64,000 bases of DNA. Origin: Eledone cirrhosa. Its lineage: Eukaryota. Shown piece after piece: positions 12,645 through 24,990 of this stretch (position 1 is its first letter; each line of letters opens with the position of its first letter). Below the pieces are notes generated by a model. The model was given only the letters and a program-made list of their open reading frames with translations, did no database searches and was not told the origin of the DNA. Location: NCBI GenBank assembly GCA_964016885.1, contig OZ024740.1, forward strand, positions 108,996,001 to 109,060,000, read 5' to 3'. The position numbers and the translations under genes are program-made.

Positions 12645-13252
12645 TGTCAGGTCACCAGTTGGTGCTACTGGTAACAGGTATCCCAGTACAACCTGTCTCA
12701 TGGTCGGGTCGTTGGCGACTAAACTGGCAACCCCACCAAGGTTTTTTGGTGAGGAGGGTGACTTTGGACATCCTGCAGGACTAAAAACAAAACCTGTCAA
12801 AGGGCAAAGGAGCTCTTAAGAATCAATGGCCATCCAAAATCACCGGGAGAGATGACCCCTTAGCCTTTGTCAAGGCAGAATTCTAGGAGAAGGAAAACTC
12901 TGATATAACACCTGCAACCCTGATGGTATCCAATGATGTTGACTTGTTCTTCTTTTTGGTAAATATCATCTTGGTTAAGAGAGTGGCACTGGCTTTGTGC
13001 AGTGCCTTTGCTCACTATAAAAGCTTCACGGTACAGGCATTGCTTTATATCTGGAGATCTCTCTGCACTTGTCGTCACATGGTACCATGGGCCCAGCAAT
13101 ATGTGTCAATAATTGTCACAAGTGTAGTGTTTGTACCAGAGTTTTCAAGTCGTTGGCTGGACTAAAAAGTCACACGCGCTCAGCGCATCGGTAGGGGTTC
13201 TCCTACATGGATATAAAGTAGTGGCCGTACAAAACGAGTTGGCAGCCACCAT
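12645..13252 (+). mobile_element. Probable internally deleted (bipartite) RTE-BovB-like retroposon
   Basis: 5' part resembles RTE 5' UTRs (ggagaaggaaaactctga); 13117-13194 encodes HKCSVCTRVFKSLAGLKSHTRSAHR*, a C-terminal C2H2 finger; flanked by TA tracts. Confidence 0.55.
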
Positions 13253-13263
13253 ATACATATAAA

Positions 13264-13337
<74 letters not shown>

Positions 13338-16227
13338 CATCATCATCAGGTTTAGCGTCCGTGTTCCACGCTTGCATGGGTTTGGACGGGGGTTTTCCCA
13401 CTTGAGGCAAGAGTGGTTGTCTTGCTCGCATAGGACTGTCTGGCGGGTTTTCTACAGTTGGATGCCCTTCCTAACACCAACCACATTTACAGTGTGGGGC
13501 TGGGAGGTTTTTACCGTGTTGCCTACACGGCCACATTACAGCATGGACTGTCTGGCGGGTTTTCTATAGCTGGATGCCCTTCCTAACACCAACCACATTT
13601 ACAGTGTGGGGCTGGGATGTTTTTACCGTGTTGCCTACACGGCCACATTTACAGCGTGGACTGTGTGTTTTTTTGTCGTGACACCTACACGATCTCATTT
13701 GTTTCGGCCTGGATGTTGTGGGACCAACATAACTTTACATTGAAAGGGGCGGTGTGGATGGGGTGGAGGTGGTGGGACGGGGTGTGTTTTGATAGAGATG
13801 CCTACTGACTGTAGTAGGTTTTTACTTTGTATTTAGGTAAGGCGGGTCTTCTCTATTACTGAGTACCGCCAAAGGTCTCGGTCCAGTGACATTGTCTTGG
13901 AGAGGTGTAAGCGTGTGAGGTCGGAATTTATCAGCTCGTCCCATGTTTTTCTGGGTCTGCCTACTCCGTGGCTACCGTCTATCTTTATTGCCCTGCACTT
14001 TGTTATACAGCTGTCGTCTTTCATGCGCATCACGTGACCGTACCAACGTAGCCTTCTCTCGAGTAAACAACATCTGATCCCTCTTATTTCTAATTCTTTC
14101 CTTAGTTCGTTTATGCTTTGCCGTTCACGTATATTACTATTGCACATCCAGCGGAGCATGCAAGCTTCGTTCCTCTCTAGTCTGCGTATATCCTCTGCAC
14201 ACAATGCCCAGGTCTCACTGCCATGCAGCATTGCTGTTCGTATGCAGGCATCGTATAACCTGCCTTTCATTTTTAGGGAGAACCCTCTAGCGGCTAATAG
14301 TGGTATAAGCTCTCTGAACTTTCTCCATCCAGTTCTGACTCTAGCTACTGTACTTTCAGAGCACCCTCCCCCACTGCTGATTTTGTCACCCAGGTAACGG
14401 AAGCTGTCCACTATTTCTATAGAACCCTCTGCGCAGTTGAAGGAGCTAGTATTTTGTGGGCACTTGCTGCTACTTATTGCACCAGAGCACCGGCCACATG
14501 TAAAATCTATGTTCTTAGTTAGCTTACCTGTGATCCCACTACATCTTTTATGCACCCATACTTTGCATTTGGGACATAAAATGGAGTTTCTACCTACGCC
14601 TTTCCTACACACTGAGCATGGCCATTGCCCAGATGGGACCGCCGCCTTATTTTCTTTCCTACAAACTAGAACTTTAGTCTTAGCCAGGTTAATTTTAAGG
14701 CCTTTTGATTCTAGGCCGTGCTTCCATGTTTGGAATTTCTTCTCTAGTTCGGTCATTGATTCAGCTATCAGCGTTAGATCATCTGCGTATAGGAGTTCCC
14801 ATGGGCAGCCGGTCTTGAACTCCTCTGTTATAGCCTGAAGGGCAATAATAAATAGTAGGGGGCTAAGAACAGAGCCCTGATGGACACCAACTTTTACGCT
14901 AAACTCTTCACTATATTCGTTGTTAATTCTAACCTTACTGACTGTTTCTTTATACATGGCTTGTATAGCTCTCACAAGCCATTTGTCAACACCTAGTTTT
15001 CTAAGAGACCACCAGATAATGGAACGGGGGACTCTGTCGAAGGCTTTCTCCAAGTCGATGAAAGCTAAGTATAGGGGTTTACTTTTAGCTAGGTACTTCT
15101 GTAGTTGTCGTACAATGAAAAGAGCGTCTGTGGTACTTTTGCCTGACACAAACCCGAACTGCATTTCATCTAGATCAATTCTCTCTCTGATTAGTTGCGC
15201 TATTACTTTTTCCGTGACCTTCATGACCTGGTCGATTAATTTAATTCCTCTATAGTTACTCCTATCTAGGGCATCTCCTTTTCCCTTATAGCAGTTAACG
15301 ATGATGCTGCTATGCCAGTCCTTCGGAACAACCCCATTCTGTACAACTTGGTTAACTATCCGGGTGACCATGGTGTGTCCCACCGAACCAGATGCCTTCA
15401 GCATCTCAGCAACTATTTCCGAAGGACCAGCTGCCTTACCCGTCTTCATATCTTTGATTGCCTTGCTTATTGTACTACCCTGGACTAACACTGCTGGTCC
15501 CTCTATTGGGTCGATGTGGGGGAGACTGTCTTTCTCCCATTTGTTCTCCTCATTTAGAAGCCTTTCGTAGTGACACTTCCAAGCTACCTTCTTATCAGCG
15601 TCGGTGATGGCAAGTATGTCATCATCGTTAAGTACACATTTCTCCCCGACAATATCACGGTTTTCCTTGACACATTGCCTGGCAATCCTGAACACCTCAC
15701 GTTTTTGGTCCTCACGTTGTAGAACATGCTTTAACTTTCTTTCCTCTGCTTCCCTTCTTGCGAAGTACACTTGTCTCCTAGCTTCCCTCCTGGCCACTTG
15801 ATAGTCTTCTCTACTTCCCCCATCCCGCCATACTTTCCAAGCCTGCTTTTTGGCCTTAATTGACTCCTCCACCTTACTGTTCCACCACCATGTTACTCTC
15901 CTCCTACCTACAGGCCTGCTCCAGCCACAGACTTCGTCTGCCGCCGTCAGCAGGTTTGCTCTCAGGAATTCCCACTGTTCCTCTATATTATACGACTCTA
16001 ATTGCTCTTCCTTACTGTCGAAAGCGTCAAGTAATATGCTTTGAAATTTATTTCTGGCTATGGGGTCCTTTAGCTTCCATATTTTTCTCCTGAGGATAGT
16101 CCTCTTCCGCTGTCTAGTACGTCTCGTCCTGACTATGAGGTCGCTAATTATCAGTCTATGTTGGGAGGTGAATTCTTCATGGGGGAGGGATTTAGTCTTA
16201 ACAACAGACACTCTGTCACGTCTTCTG
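13338..16227 (-). mobile_element. 5'-truncated RTE-clade LINE, young copy
   Basis: Long open RT frame, 3' UTR with internal duplications, (GAT)n tail, TA tracts on both sides. Confidence 0.95.
13833..16211 (-). CDS. RTE LINE polyprotein fragment: end of AP endonuclease (SQHRL), RT (NYRGIKL, QFGF, FIDLEKAFDRV, GVHQGSVLSP, YADD), PHD-like finger, C-terminal RLRWYGHV
   Basis: 792 open codons; the start is a truncation point, not a real initiation codon. Confidence 0.9.
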   Translation of the reverse strand: MSVVKTKSLPHEEFTSQHRLIISDLIVRTRRTRQRKRTILRRKIWKLKDPIARNKFQSILLDAFDSKEEQLESYNIEEQWEFLRANLLTAADEVCGWSRPVGRRRVTWWWNSKVEESIKAKKQAWKVWRDGGSREDYQVARREARRQVYFARREAEERKLKHVLQREDQKREVFRIARQCVKENRDIVGEKCVLNDDDILAITDADKKVAWKCHYERLLNEENKWEKDSLPHIDPIEGPAVLVQGSTISKAIKDMKTGKAAGPSEIVAEMLKASGSVGHTMVTRIVNQVVQNGVVPKDWHSSIIVNCYKGKGDALDRSNYRGIKLIDQVMKVTEKVIAQLIRERIDLDEMQFGFVSGKSTTDALFIVRQLQKYLAKSKPLYLAFIDLEKAFDRVPRSIIWWSLRKLGVDKWLVRAIQAMYKETVSKVRINNEYSEEFSVKVGVHQGSVLSPLLFIIALQAITEEFKTGCPWELLYADDLTLIAESMTELEKKFQTWKHGLESKGLKINLAKTKVLVCRKENKAAVPSGQWPCSVCRKGVGRNSILCPKCKVWVHKRCSGITGKLTKNIDFTCGRCSGAISSSKCPQNTSSFNCAEGSIEIVDSFRYLGDKISSGGGCSESTVARVRTGWRKFRELIPLLAARGFSLKMKGRLYDACIRTAMLHGSETWALCAEDIRRLERNEACMLRWMCNSNIRERQSINELRKELEIRGIRCCLLERRLRWYGHVMRMKDDSCITKCRAIKIDGSHGVGRPRKTWDELINSDLTRLHLSKTMSLDRDLWRYSVIEKTRLT

Positions 16228-16489
16228 ATATATATATATATATATCAGAAGACGTGACAGAGTGTCTGTTGTTAACACTAAATCCCTCCCCCATGAAGAA
16301 TTCACCTCCCAACATAGACTGATAATTAGCGACCTCATAGTCAGGACGAGACGTACTAGACAGCGGAAGAGGACTATCCTCAGGAGAAAAATATGGAAGC
16401 TAAAGGACCCCATAGCCAGAAATAAATTTCAAAGCATATTACTTGACGCTTTCGACAGTAAGGAAGAGCAATTAGAGTCGTATAATATA
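15984..16489. repeat. Palindrome of the LINE 5' end centred on (AT)9
   Basis: ~244-bp arms symmetric about 16236/16237; one mismatch seen. Confidence 0.95.
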
Positions 16490-16841
16490 TCTGTTTATGT
16501 ATATATTGAAGACCCTCATCGGTCACGAATGACCATGTGATTTGCACCTAGAAAGCTTCCCTCCGAGGCACAAGTCCGGGCAAGGTTGTTTGAGGAAGAC
16601 CAACAGTCGCCCATGCATACCAGCCTCCCTTCTCCATGCCACCGATGATGCCCAAGGGAAAGGCTATGGCCGATACAGCTTGGCACCAGTGACATTGCAA
16701 CTCATTTCTACAGCTGAGTAAACTGGAGCAACGTGAAATAAAGTGTCTTGCTCAAGGACACAACGCATCACCCAGTCCAAGAATCGAACTAACAACCTTT
16801 CAATTGCAAGCCCAATGCTCTAACCACTAAGCCATGCGCCT

Positions 16842-16922
<81 letters not shown>

Positions 16923-17299
16923 CACACACACACACGCACACACGAAGGCGCATGGCTTAGTGGTTAGAGCATTGGGCTTGCAATTGAAAGGTTGTGAGTT
17001 CGATTCTTGGACTGGGTGATGCGTTGTGTCCTTGAGCAAGACACTTTATTTCACGTTGCTCCAGTTTACTCAGCTGTAGAAATGAGTTGCAATGTCACTG
17101 GTGCCAAGCTGTATCGGCCATAGCCTTTCCCTTGGGCATCATCGGTGGCATGGAGAAGGGAGGCTGGTATGCATGGGCGACTGTTGGTCTTCCTCAAACA
17201 ACCTTGCCCGGACTTGTGCCTCGGAGGGAAGCTTTCTAGGTGCAAATCACATGGTCATTCGTGACCGATGAGGGTCTTCAATATATACATAAACAGATA
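16488..17299. repeat. Palindrome of a tRNA-headed SINE (head-to-head) centred on (GT)n-TATA-(CA)n
   Basis: ~357-bp arms 16488-16844 / 16943-17299; one mismatch seen; same head as the SINE at 37824 but a different tail. Confidence 0.95.
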
Positions 17300-18713
17300 A
17301 ACCTTGCGCTACATTGTTAATTGGTTCCAGAAGTCAAACCTTAAGTCGAATGTTGAATTTTAGTGTCTTTTTTTCTAATTTAATGTTTTTGACAGACTGA
17401 CATAAAGTGGAGTCAATTGACATAACTTGAAGTTTATTTTTGCCATATAATATTAAGAAAAACTGTTGTATCTTCAAAATTGATGAAACTCGGAACAATG
17501 TAAACTGAGGTATACCTGTATATAAAATTGTTTAACATTTTTATGCATGCTTTTCCATGCTGGCTTAGGTTGGACAAGACGTTTTTGACCCTTCCTGACA
17601 GTAACATTTACTTTACTTTTTAAGTATAGTACTTATACTGATCAAACTGGTAAGTTGCAAAACATATTGTTTATGCATGACAAATGGTACTCCTCACTTA
17701 AATGGTATCATGAAGGGATACATGAAGACACACATATATATATATATATATAGGAGGGTGTGAAGTGGGGGAAGGAAATTTGGCTGCTATTTATAGCAGA
17801 TCAAGTAATAATGCAGAGACTCCCTTGTAAAGAAACTTATTTAATTAGTGTATTATTGTTCTTGTGAAGAAGATTAACTTTCCTACTATATCAAGAAATT
17901 TACTATGCAATTGGTTTGTTACCTAACACAGATGGAGATAATTAGTATATATAATATATTGTTACAGAAATCAACAATAATGAAGTGGGAAACAGAAATA
18001 GGTTGGGTTGATTCATTTTTATAAAAAAATATGATGAATAGAAATAGATATAGTTAGTTACATGCACATGTATATGTATATTTATTGTATTTCTTTGCAC
18101 ATTTGCCTGATGATATGACTTGCTTGTACATATGCAGGCTTGTTAGCTCATGAAATCTTTGGTTGCAAATAGATTATTGTGTATGAATCATTATATATGG
18201 GTTGAAGGAAAAACTGGACATCAGGGGAATTAGATGTAGTGTGCAAGAAAGATGATTATACTAGTACAGACACATAATGCATATGAATAATGATTGCTTT
18301 GTGTAGAAGTTCCAGGTGATCCAAGTGGAAGCAAACAGCAGAAGAGAACACTATAGATAGGGCAGAAGTGGTAAAAGCTGATCTCAGAAGATTGAATCTC
18401 ACTGATGTGATGATAAAAGAGCATAGTGAAAAGTTATCCTGGAGAAGACTTATTTAACCCAATCAAGATGGACATAAAAATTGTGTTAATGATGATGTAT
18501 GTGTATGTGTCTGCTTACATTTACTGTGTATGTCCACTAACATCACAGTTCTATAAATAGAAATTGATGAAATAAGTCCTGGAATCAATATTAGCAACTA
18601 AATCCCTTCAAGACATAACGTTGTAGTGCACCTGAGCACTGTACACAATAATTTCATTATTATTATTTAACTGTAATCAGTAAAAAAGAAAAAGAATGTT
18701 TAACATTATTGTA

Positions 18714-18965
18714 TTAACCCTTTAATTACCATATTTTTTTACTGAAAGAGATTGACTATTATTTTCAAATAATCAAGAATTTGAAGGGATTAAATGGTTA
18801 CAAGTAGCCTTCTAATTATTAAGCTGGTGTTTAGAGCATATCTTAAAGGTTCTTATTGAAAATTATGATAGGTTATTTTTAGATAAATATAAACATGTTA
18901 CAACAAACAGTTTTGTATCATAGAGCCAGGGATGATATCAGGTGGTGTGGTTTGAAAAGGGTTAA
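18714..18965. mobile_element. TTAA-flanked MITE (piggyBac-like), abundant old family
   Basis: TTAA-CCCT...AGGG-TTAA ends; related copies at about 31360-31594, 33880-34095, 34092-34348, 51644-51863, 55507-55815, 61120-61398, 63800-64000. Confidence 0.7.
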
Positions 18966-20562
18966 ATACATTAAATTACACATTTTAGTGGAATAATCAG
19001 CAACAGATGTTTTCACAAATGACAAAGCAAAAAAAAAAAAAAAAAAAAAAAAGAGAGAAAAGAAGAAAAAAATGTTTTTCAAAAGCTTCAGATAAAGTAT
19101 TTTATTGTCTATGATAGCTCAGCATAAATGATAATGTCAGTTGATACATTTTTCAATATTGCATTGCCAATTTATACAACCATGGTAAATAATACTAATT
19201 ACTTTAATCTATTCAATGCAATAACTGTACACATATTAATTAGAGTTAATTAATGTCTGAATAAACTTCACGATCATTTTATGTCTATATTTTCAAGCTG
19301 ACATCAGTTGAAAAGGTTGTTACAATCCAAATCAGTATTTATTCGGAGTTATCCTCCTAAGTAGATTAGGGGACCACATCTCTCTCATACATTTCAGACA
19401 TATCTGATGTTATTTTTATTTCCAAATAATATTTTGAAGGAGTTTCTACTGTTTTGAAGGAGATTTGGTTGCTAGAAATAGCAGTCAAATCTCCTTCAAA
19501 CAGTCCTTAATGTCTTGAGGCATAAGTATTTAGGATAATGTAATCAGAGATACATTATACTCTAACCCTTTTATTATTAGCTGGTGTTCAAAACAGACCT
19601 CACTGCCTATGATTTTCAAATTATTTTTTTTTTTCAAATACTGAAGGATTTGGAAAGATTTAGTAAAATAACAAACTTTCTCCTTATTTAGCTGGTTTTT
19701 GGAACATAAAAGTTCTGACATAAAATTATGATGACATTTTTAGATACATATAAATACTTTATAATAAACTGCTTAGTAGAACACATGGTCTTTTCAGATG
19801 TTTTGGTAACAAAAAGGTTAAACAAAGTTGAGCTGATCATAATCAGAACACATCCGATCATAGGTCTGCTCAAACAGAGCTGTCAATGATACAAAGTAAT
19901 AAGCAATTTTAGTTATGATATCCATGTACATTATAAAGCACTCAGCTTAAAGAGAAAAAAATAACAATACTGAATTTATACATTTATCTAAAAATAATAT
20001 TTCAATAAACTATAAGTGAAATATATTTATCTCATTTGAATAAAAACTGAATCAGCAGATTTATTTCTCTTATTTGTCTTTAAAAAGTTAAACAATTTAT
20101 TTTAGATATAATCAAATTATAGGCACAGGCATGCCTGTGTAGTTAAGGAGTTTGCTTTGCAAACACATGGTTTCAGGTTCTAGTGAATTGTTAAAGCAAT
20201 TATGTTAAAGTGTTAATGAGGATTATTTTATCATTTACAGTTTATTTTACAATATTTTATAATTTTATCTAAACTTGTATCTTTTTTGAAAAATGCTGCA
20301 TCTGCACCCTTTACTGGTGCATATGATCTTGTATGATTTACAGGTATTCCAAATTTTAGGCTTGTTAGTTTTCAATTAACAGGGAAGCAATAGTTATATT
20401 TATATATACGCTAGTACATAACCCACTGCTTTACAGAGAGATTAAGTAATGTTTGGTTTCTTCACCAAACATTAACAAAGCTATATTTGTGGGTATCATC
20501 ATCATCATCACTGTTTAACATCCATTTTTCCACACTAGCATGAGTTAGATAAGGTATATAAA

Positions 20563-20636
<74 letters not shown>

Positions 20637-21214
20637 CAGAGTGAGAAAGGGTCTATGGTGCTGAGACTGGAGAGACCACAAATCGGGCGAGTACTTTATG
20701 CATGGGAAAAAGTAGAGTGAGTATAGAGGAAGGTAAAAACACAATGGTGATGACAAGCAGTTTCGGAAAGTGTATCCAGTACATCCTTGAAAAGCCTTGC
20801 TGAACACAAGCCAAAAATGCATGCCATCACAGTCAGGTTTGTACCCACCATCTCTCTATCTCTCTATAACAAATTTTACAGTATAATGACATTTTTTCCA
20901 AACACACTCGATGTGTTTGGCTGATCTCGTTATAAAGAATTTTTCATTACAACAAATTATTTTTTATACCACGTGAATTTCGTTATAACAGAATTTCACT
21001 GTATATATAATTGTGTGTGCATATGGTTTATATACATATATGCCCCCACTCATCATGAGGGGTCAGTAGCACTGCTTGAGTACCGATCAGTCTGTGACAA
21101 CATGTCTAACCCTTGCTACCAGGAAAAATGACCATCAAATGATGGCAATATATGTATATATATTTCTTTAGAAATACAAAATTTTCATACATATCTGTGA
21201 TGAATTTAGCGTAA

Positions 21215-22735
21215 TAGTAGGGGTTCATCAAGGCTCCATCCTTAGCCCCCTCCTGTTTATTATTGTCCTACAGGCTATAAGAGAGGGGTTTAAGACTGGC
21301 TGCCTATGGGAACTTCTATATGCAGATGATCTAACTCTCATAGCTGAATCCATGGCTGAACTAGAGAGGAAGTTCTAAACATGGAAGTATGGCCTTGAAT
21401 CAAAAGGCCTTAGAGTCAACTTGTCTAAGACTAAGATTCTAGTATGTAGAAAGGAGAATAGGGCACAGGTACCCTCTGCGAAATGGCCATGCTCAGTGTG
21501 TAAGAAAGGAGTAGGTAGAAATTCCATTCTATGTCCCAAATGCAAACTATGGGTACATAAAAGATGTAGTGAGATCACAGGTAAGCTATCTAAGAATGAA
21601 GATTTTATATGTGGCCAATGCTCAGGTGCAGTAAGTAACAAGGACCCACTGGATGCTATCTCCTTCAACTGCCCAGATGGTTCTATAGAAATAGTAGACA
21701 CTTTCTGTTACCTGGGTGATAAAATCATCAGTGGAGGAGGGTGCTCTGAAAGTGTAGTAGCCAGAGTTAGAGCAGGATGGAAAAAGTTCATAGAGCTAAT
21801 ACCGCTGTTGGCCACAAGGGGTTTTCTCCAAAAATGAAAGGCAGATAGTATGATGCATGTATACGAACAGCAATATTACATGGTAGTGAGACTTGGGCAT
21901 TGTGTGCTGAAGACCTGCATAGATTAGAAAGAAATTAAGCTTGCATGCTCCGGTGGATGTGTAATAGTAATGTGCGAGAAAGGCGAAGCATAAATGAATT
22001 AAGAGAGAGACTAAGCATAAGAGGTATCAAATGTTGTGTTCTGGAGAGGAGAATGCGTTGGTATGGACATGTGATGCGTATGAAGGATGACAGCTGTATA
22101 AAAACGCGCAGGGCAATGAAAATTGATGGAAGCTACGGAGTGGGTAGACCAAGTAAAACCTGGGATGAAGTGATAAAAACTGACCTTGCTCACTTACACC
22201 TCTCTAAGACAATGACACTGGATCAAGACCTTTGGCGCCATGCAGTTGTACAGAAGACCTGACTGCCATTGCAGTAGGCACCTCTTAACCCAATGCACAC
22301 CGCACCCCTACCTCATCCTCCCTTTCCTGTTCCGTCCACTATGTCGATGACACAACAGTCCACACTGTAAGGTGGCCGTGTAGGAGACACGGTAAAAAGG
22401 CTCTTAGTCCACACTGTAAGGTGGCCGTGTAGGAGACACGGTAAAAAGGCTCTTGGTCCACACTGTAAGGTGGCCGTGTAGGAGACATGGTAAAAAGGCT
22501 CTTAGTCCACACTGTAAGGTGGCCGTGTAGGAGACATGGTAAAAAGGCTCTTAGTCCACACTGTAAGGTGGCCATGTAGGAGACACGGTAAAAAGGTTCC
22601 CAGTCCACACTGTAAATGTGGTTGGTGTTAGGAAGGGCATCCAGCTGTTTCTCGACCATTCCCGCATCAAATAGAACAAAACCGTCTAACCCATGCTAGC
22701 GTGGAAGATGGACGTTAAACGATGATGATGATGAT
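21215..22735 (+). mobile_element. Degenerate 5'-truncated RTE LINE
   Basis: GVHQGSILSP, YADD, PHD-like finger and RWYGHV with in-frame stops; (GAT)n tail. Confidence 0.92.
22357..22615 (+). repeat. 49-bp tandem repeat (5+ copies) inside the RTE 3' UTR
   Basis: gtccacactgtaaggtggccgtgtaggagacacggtaaaaaggctctta at 22358, 22407, 22456, 22505, 22554, partial at 22603. Confidence 0.95.
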
Positions 22736-22783
22736 CTGTATACAGCGATGCATGAAACTAAATCCTAATTCCCTCTCTCTCTA

Positions 22784-23926
22784 TCTATAATATAAAGCTG
22801 ACGGCCGTATGTATGTAACAAACTTTTCGCCAAGCGGCTCAACCAAACATCACCAAATTTGCACCATAGATGTAACTTTTTCCAAGTAAAAAAGTGAGGG
22901 TATTTTTGTCTACTGAATTTTGTTAAAAGATTAATGACATTATTTAAATATTCACTTCTTTAAAATTTCAAATGTCAACACTTCCGGTTATACGACATTC
23001 CTCACTCTTTCTTAGTCTGTCTTTTTAAATAGATACATAGCTATGACACCGCGCTCTTATAATATGACTCTGTATGTCTGGCTGTCTGCATTAGATACAT
23101 AGCTATGATGTCGCACAACATTCCTCTCTTTTTCTTAGTCTGTCTTTTTAGATAGATACATAGCTATAATATTGCGTTCTTATAATATATCTCTTATGTC
23201 TGGTTGTCTGCATTAGATAACGTTTTTCGAAATATTTACTTCTGCGTTCACAGATTGATTTTTTTAGTTTCAGAAGATCCCATTAAGGGTGAAAGCAGCG
23301 ATTCTTTGCTTAAACTTTAATCTGTTATTTTAATATATATATTTGTGTACAGATATTTTTGCATACACAAAAACAAAATATAAACAAACCTATTTATTCC
23401 ATGAAAGCGCAGACGGCTTATCGTCATTGTTACTGCCGATATGCCACCCGAATATCCCAGCCTGGCCGCAAGATCAGATTTTCCAGAAGAAAAAATGTTA
23501 CTAGAGCAAGAGAGTCTGAAGACGATCATGAACATCGCCTTTTGCAGATGAGGACTCAAGCGAGAGCCATTCGATCAGCCCAGTCTCAAGAGCAGCGCCA
23601 GTTTCGCCTTCAGCAACTGAGGTCCCGTGCAGAAGGCAGGAGAGTAACACAGACAAAACAAGCCAGATTGGAGCAGGTGAGTTCACAAGCTGATTGCATC
23701 CACATTGCATTACAGCATCAGTGTGCCATACAGGTCCTTGCTAAACTAAGTCCAATTTTTAACCATTCAAACCCAACATCAGAGCATGTTAAACCCCCAC
23801 ATCCCCACCCCACTCTCGCTGACTTGAGAGGGAGTGCAGTATCTTTGCACTGCAGTGGAGGGGGGATTCCTGAAAAGATAAAATGCCGGTATACCTAGCC
23901 GGGCACCAGCCGGATAGGCCAGCTAG
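22784..23926 (+). mobile_element. Non-autonomous Helitron
   Basis: A|TCTATAATATAAAGCTGA 5' end; ccgg-gcaccag-ccgg hairpin and CTAG|T 3' end; R/E/Q-rich coding remnant; internal ~123-bp duplication 22996-23219. Confidence 0.8.
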
Positions 23927-24679
23927 TATATATATATATAGAGAGAGAGAGAAAGAGAGAGTGAGATTGGTAACATTGACAGCATTTTGGGTATTCAGAA
24001 CATTTGCCTCTCACCCTCCATTTTTGTGTTCCAAGAATTGTAAATAAAAATTTACAAACATTTTTGACAGAGGTATAAACAGGTTGTACAGTTATAATTA
24101 TATAGAATAAAATATTTCTACTGTAATATTTCTCTCTTTTTCTCTCTGTGTGAATAAGTTCATTTTTTTAAAAATGAAAAGTATCAATTTTTCTCTGTTT
24201 TTACTTTAAGTGATTAGATTAATTTAAAACTAACAACTTAATACATGTCACCACTGAAGATGGTAAGTATATTATCCTATTTCAAATCAAGAAACAGCCA
24301 AAACTCAAGTGATAAAATGTGATAAAGTTTTACAATTAAATGATTTCATGTTTGCTTACTTCTAGCGGTATTTTAACCCTGACAACTTAAAGACACAGGC
24401 ACAGCATTTGAACAAATTTTCTGAGATAAACACGTGCATTTGGAGCTTATGAGAGCAGCAGAGCTTAAATCACTAATCCATTAAATCCTTTACAAAATTA
24501 ATTAAAACCTTATAAAATCCTTCCATGTTAAAGGACATTAAAACTGATTCAGTAAAATTACCTTGAAATGAAATTAAATGAAATTAAAAAAATGCTTAAT
24601 TAATTTATTTAAACATGATTATTAAAATCCTTTTTTGTAATTCTGTATATCTCTTGCTTGGGCCCTGAACTCCCGATGA

Positions 24680-24990
24680 GGCCATAGGAGCATTGTTGTG
24701 ACATACTGAGTACCAGTTTTTTTTCCATCTGTTGTATTCATTAAAGATTTGCCTGTCCACTCTTTGATGTGTGTCCATCTTTTATTCTGTTTATCTCTCA
24801 ATTTTTTTTTGTAAAATGGTTTTTGCAAGGCCACTAGATTTTGTTACATGGTCATACCATCTCATTTTTATTTTCTTTATGGAGGCCAATTTGAAAGTGG
24901 ATAGTGTGGCAGACCTTCTCACTGAATATATGACCTATGTATGAGATACCAAAGATGTTGTGGTAGCATCTCATTCTCAGTGCTTGGTTC
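24680..24990 (-). mobile_element. Old RTE-BovB-like LINE 3' remnant
   Basis: Degenerate KMRWYDHVT...KQNKRWTHIKEWTG. Confidence 0.55.

Noticed and set aside
14113-16257. Plus-strand ORFs over the LINE
   Set aside because: Antisense shadows of the RT frame
16946-17020. tRNA gene-like sequence (also 37824, 3775-3846, 44875-44946)
   Set aside because: No proper acceptor stem or terminator; continues into a SINE body
24250-24300. ctgaaga...gaaac motif
   Set aside because: Stems I and III cannot be formed; at best a decayed remnant
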